Of a stretch of 32,000 nt of DNA, positions 31,811-32,000 are shown in pieces. Each line of letters begins with the position of its first letter. The first letter of the stretch is position 1. The notes beneath the pieces are model-generated. The model was not told the origin of the DNA. It was given only the letters and a program-made list of their open reading frames with translations, and did no database searches. Source of the stretch: Paramicrosporidium saccamoebae KSL3 (lineage: Eukaryota > Fungi > Cryptomycota); the NCBI GenBank assembly GCA_002794465.1, contig MTSL01000205.1, positions 61,743 through 93,742 on the forward strand, given 5' to 3'. The position numbers and the translations under genes were made by a program.

Positions 31811-32000
31811 CATCCCATCAATGGACCCGCTAATATTGCCCGACCTAACCGCAAGCCTCTACAGGATTGGGAATACTTGTATAACAGCCCCAGCCCGTAG
31901 TTTCATCAGTACATTTACCCATAAAGTCTAATCACCCAAGACAAAGGCTGATTAGTTGGCTATGTGACGTAGAGGTTGATTAGTTGCTGGGTATTTGAGG

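Overview
Gene-dense eukaryotic nuclear DNA, with no sign of a prokaryotic origin. It uses the standard genetic code and has 28-36 nt GT-AG introns. Gene content (complex I subunit NDUFS4, Tps2, Rad26, Sec6, Kap104/transportin-1, Phe hydroxylase, NAGPA-like protein, type IIC P-ATPase) suggests an early-diverging fungus or fungal relative. A Rozellomycota such as Paramicrosporidium is my inference, not a database result. The window holds about 12 housekeeping genes, one divergent H3-H4 pair and two intronless tandem families of signal-peptide proteins. One family has two ankyrin-like repeat proteins; the other has three proteins with a degenerate PP2C-like domain. Best finding: both histone genes are followed by a 16-nt, 6-bp-stem/4-nt-loop hairpin (GGCTTT-TTTA-AAAGCC and GGCATT-TTTA-AATGCC) with a compensatory base-pair change. 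This matches the metazoan-type histone mRNA 3' stem-loop (SLBP target), generally considered absent from fungi. Also notable: head-to-head gene pairs whose ATGs are only 16-44 bp apart, most sharing a CCAATC motif.
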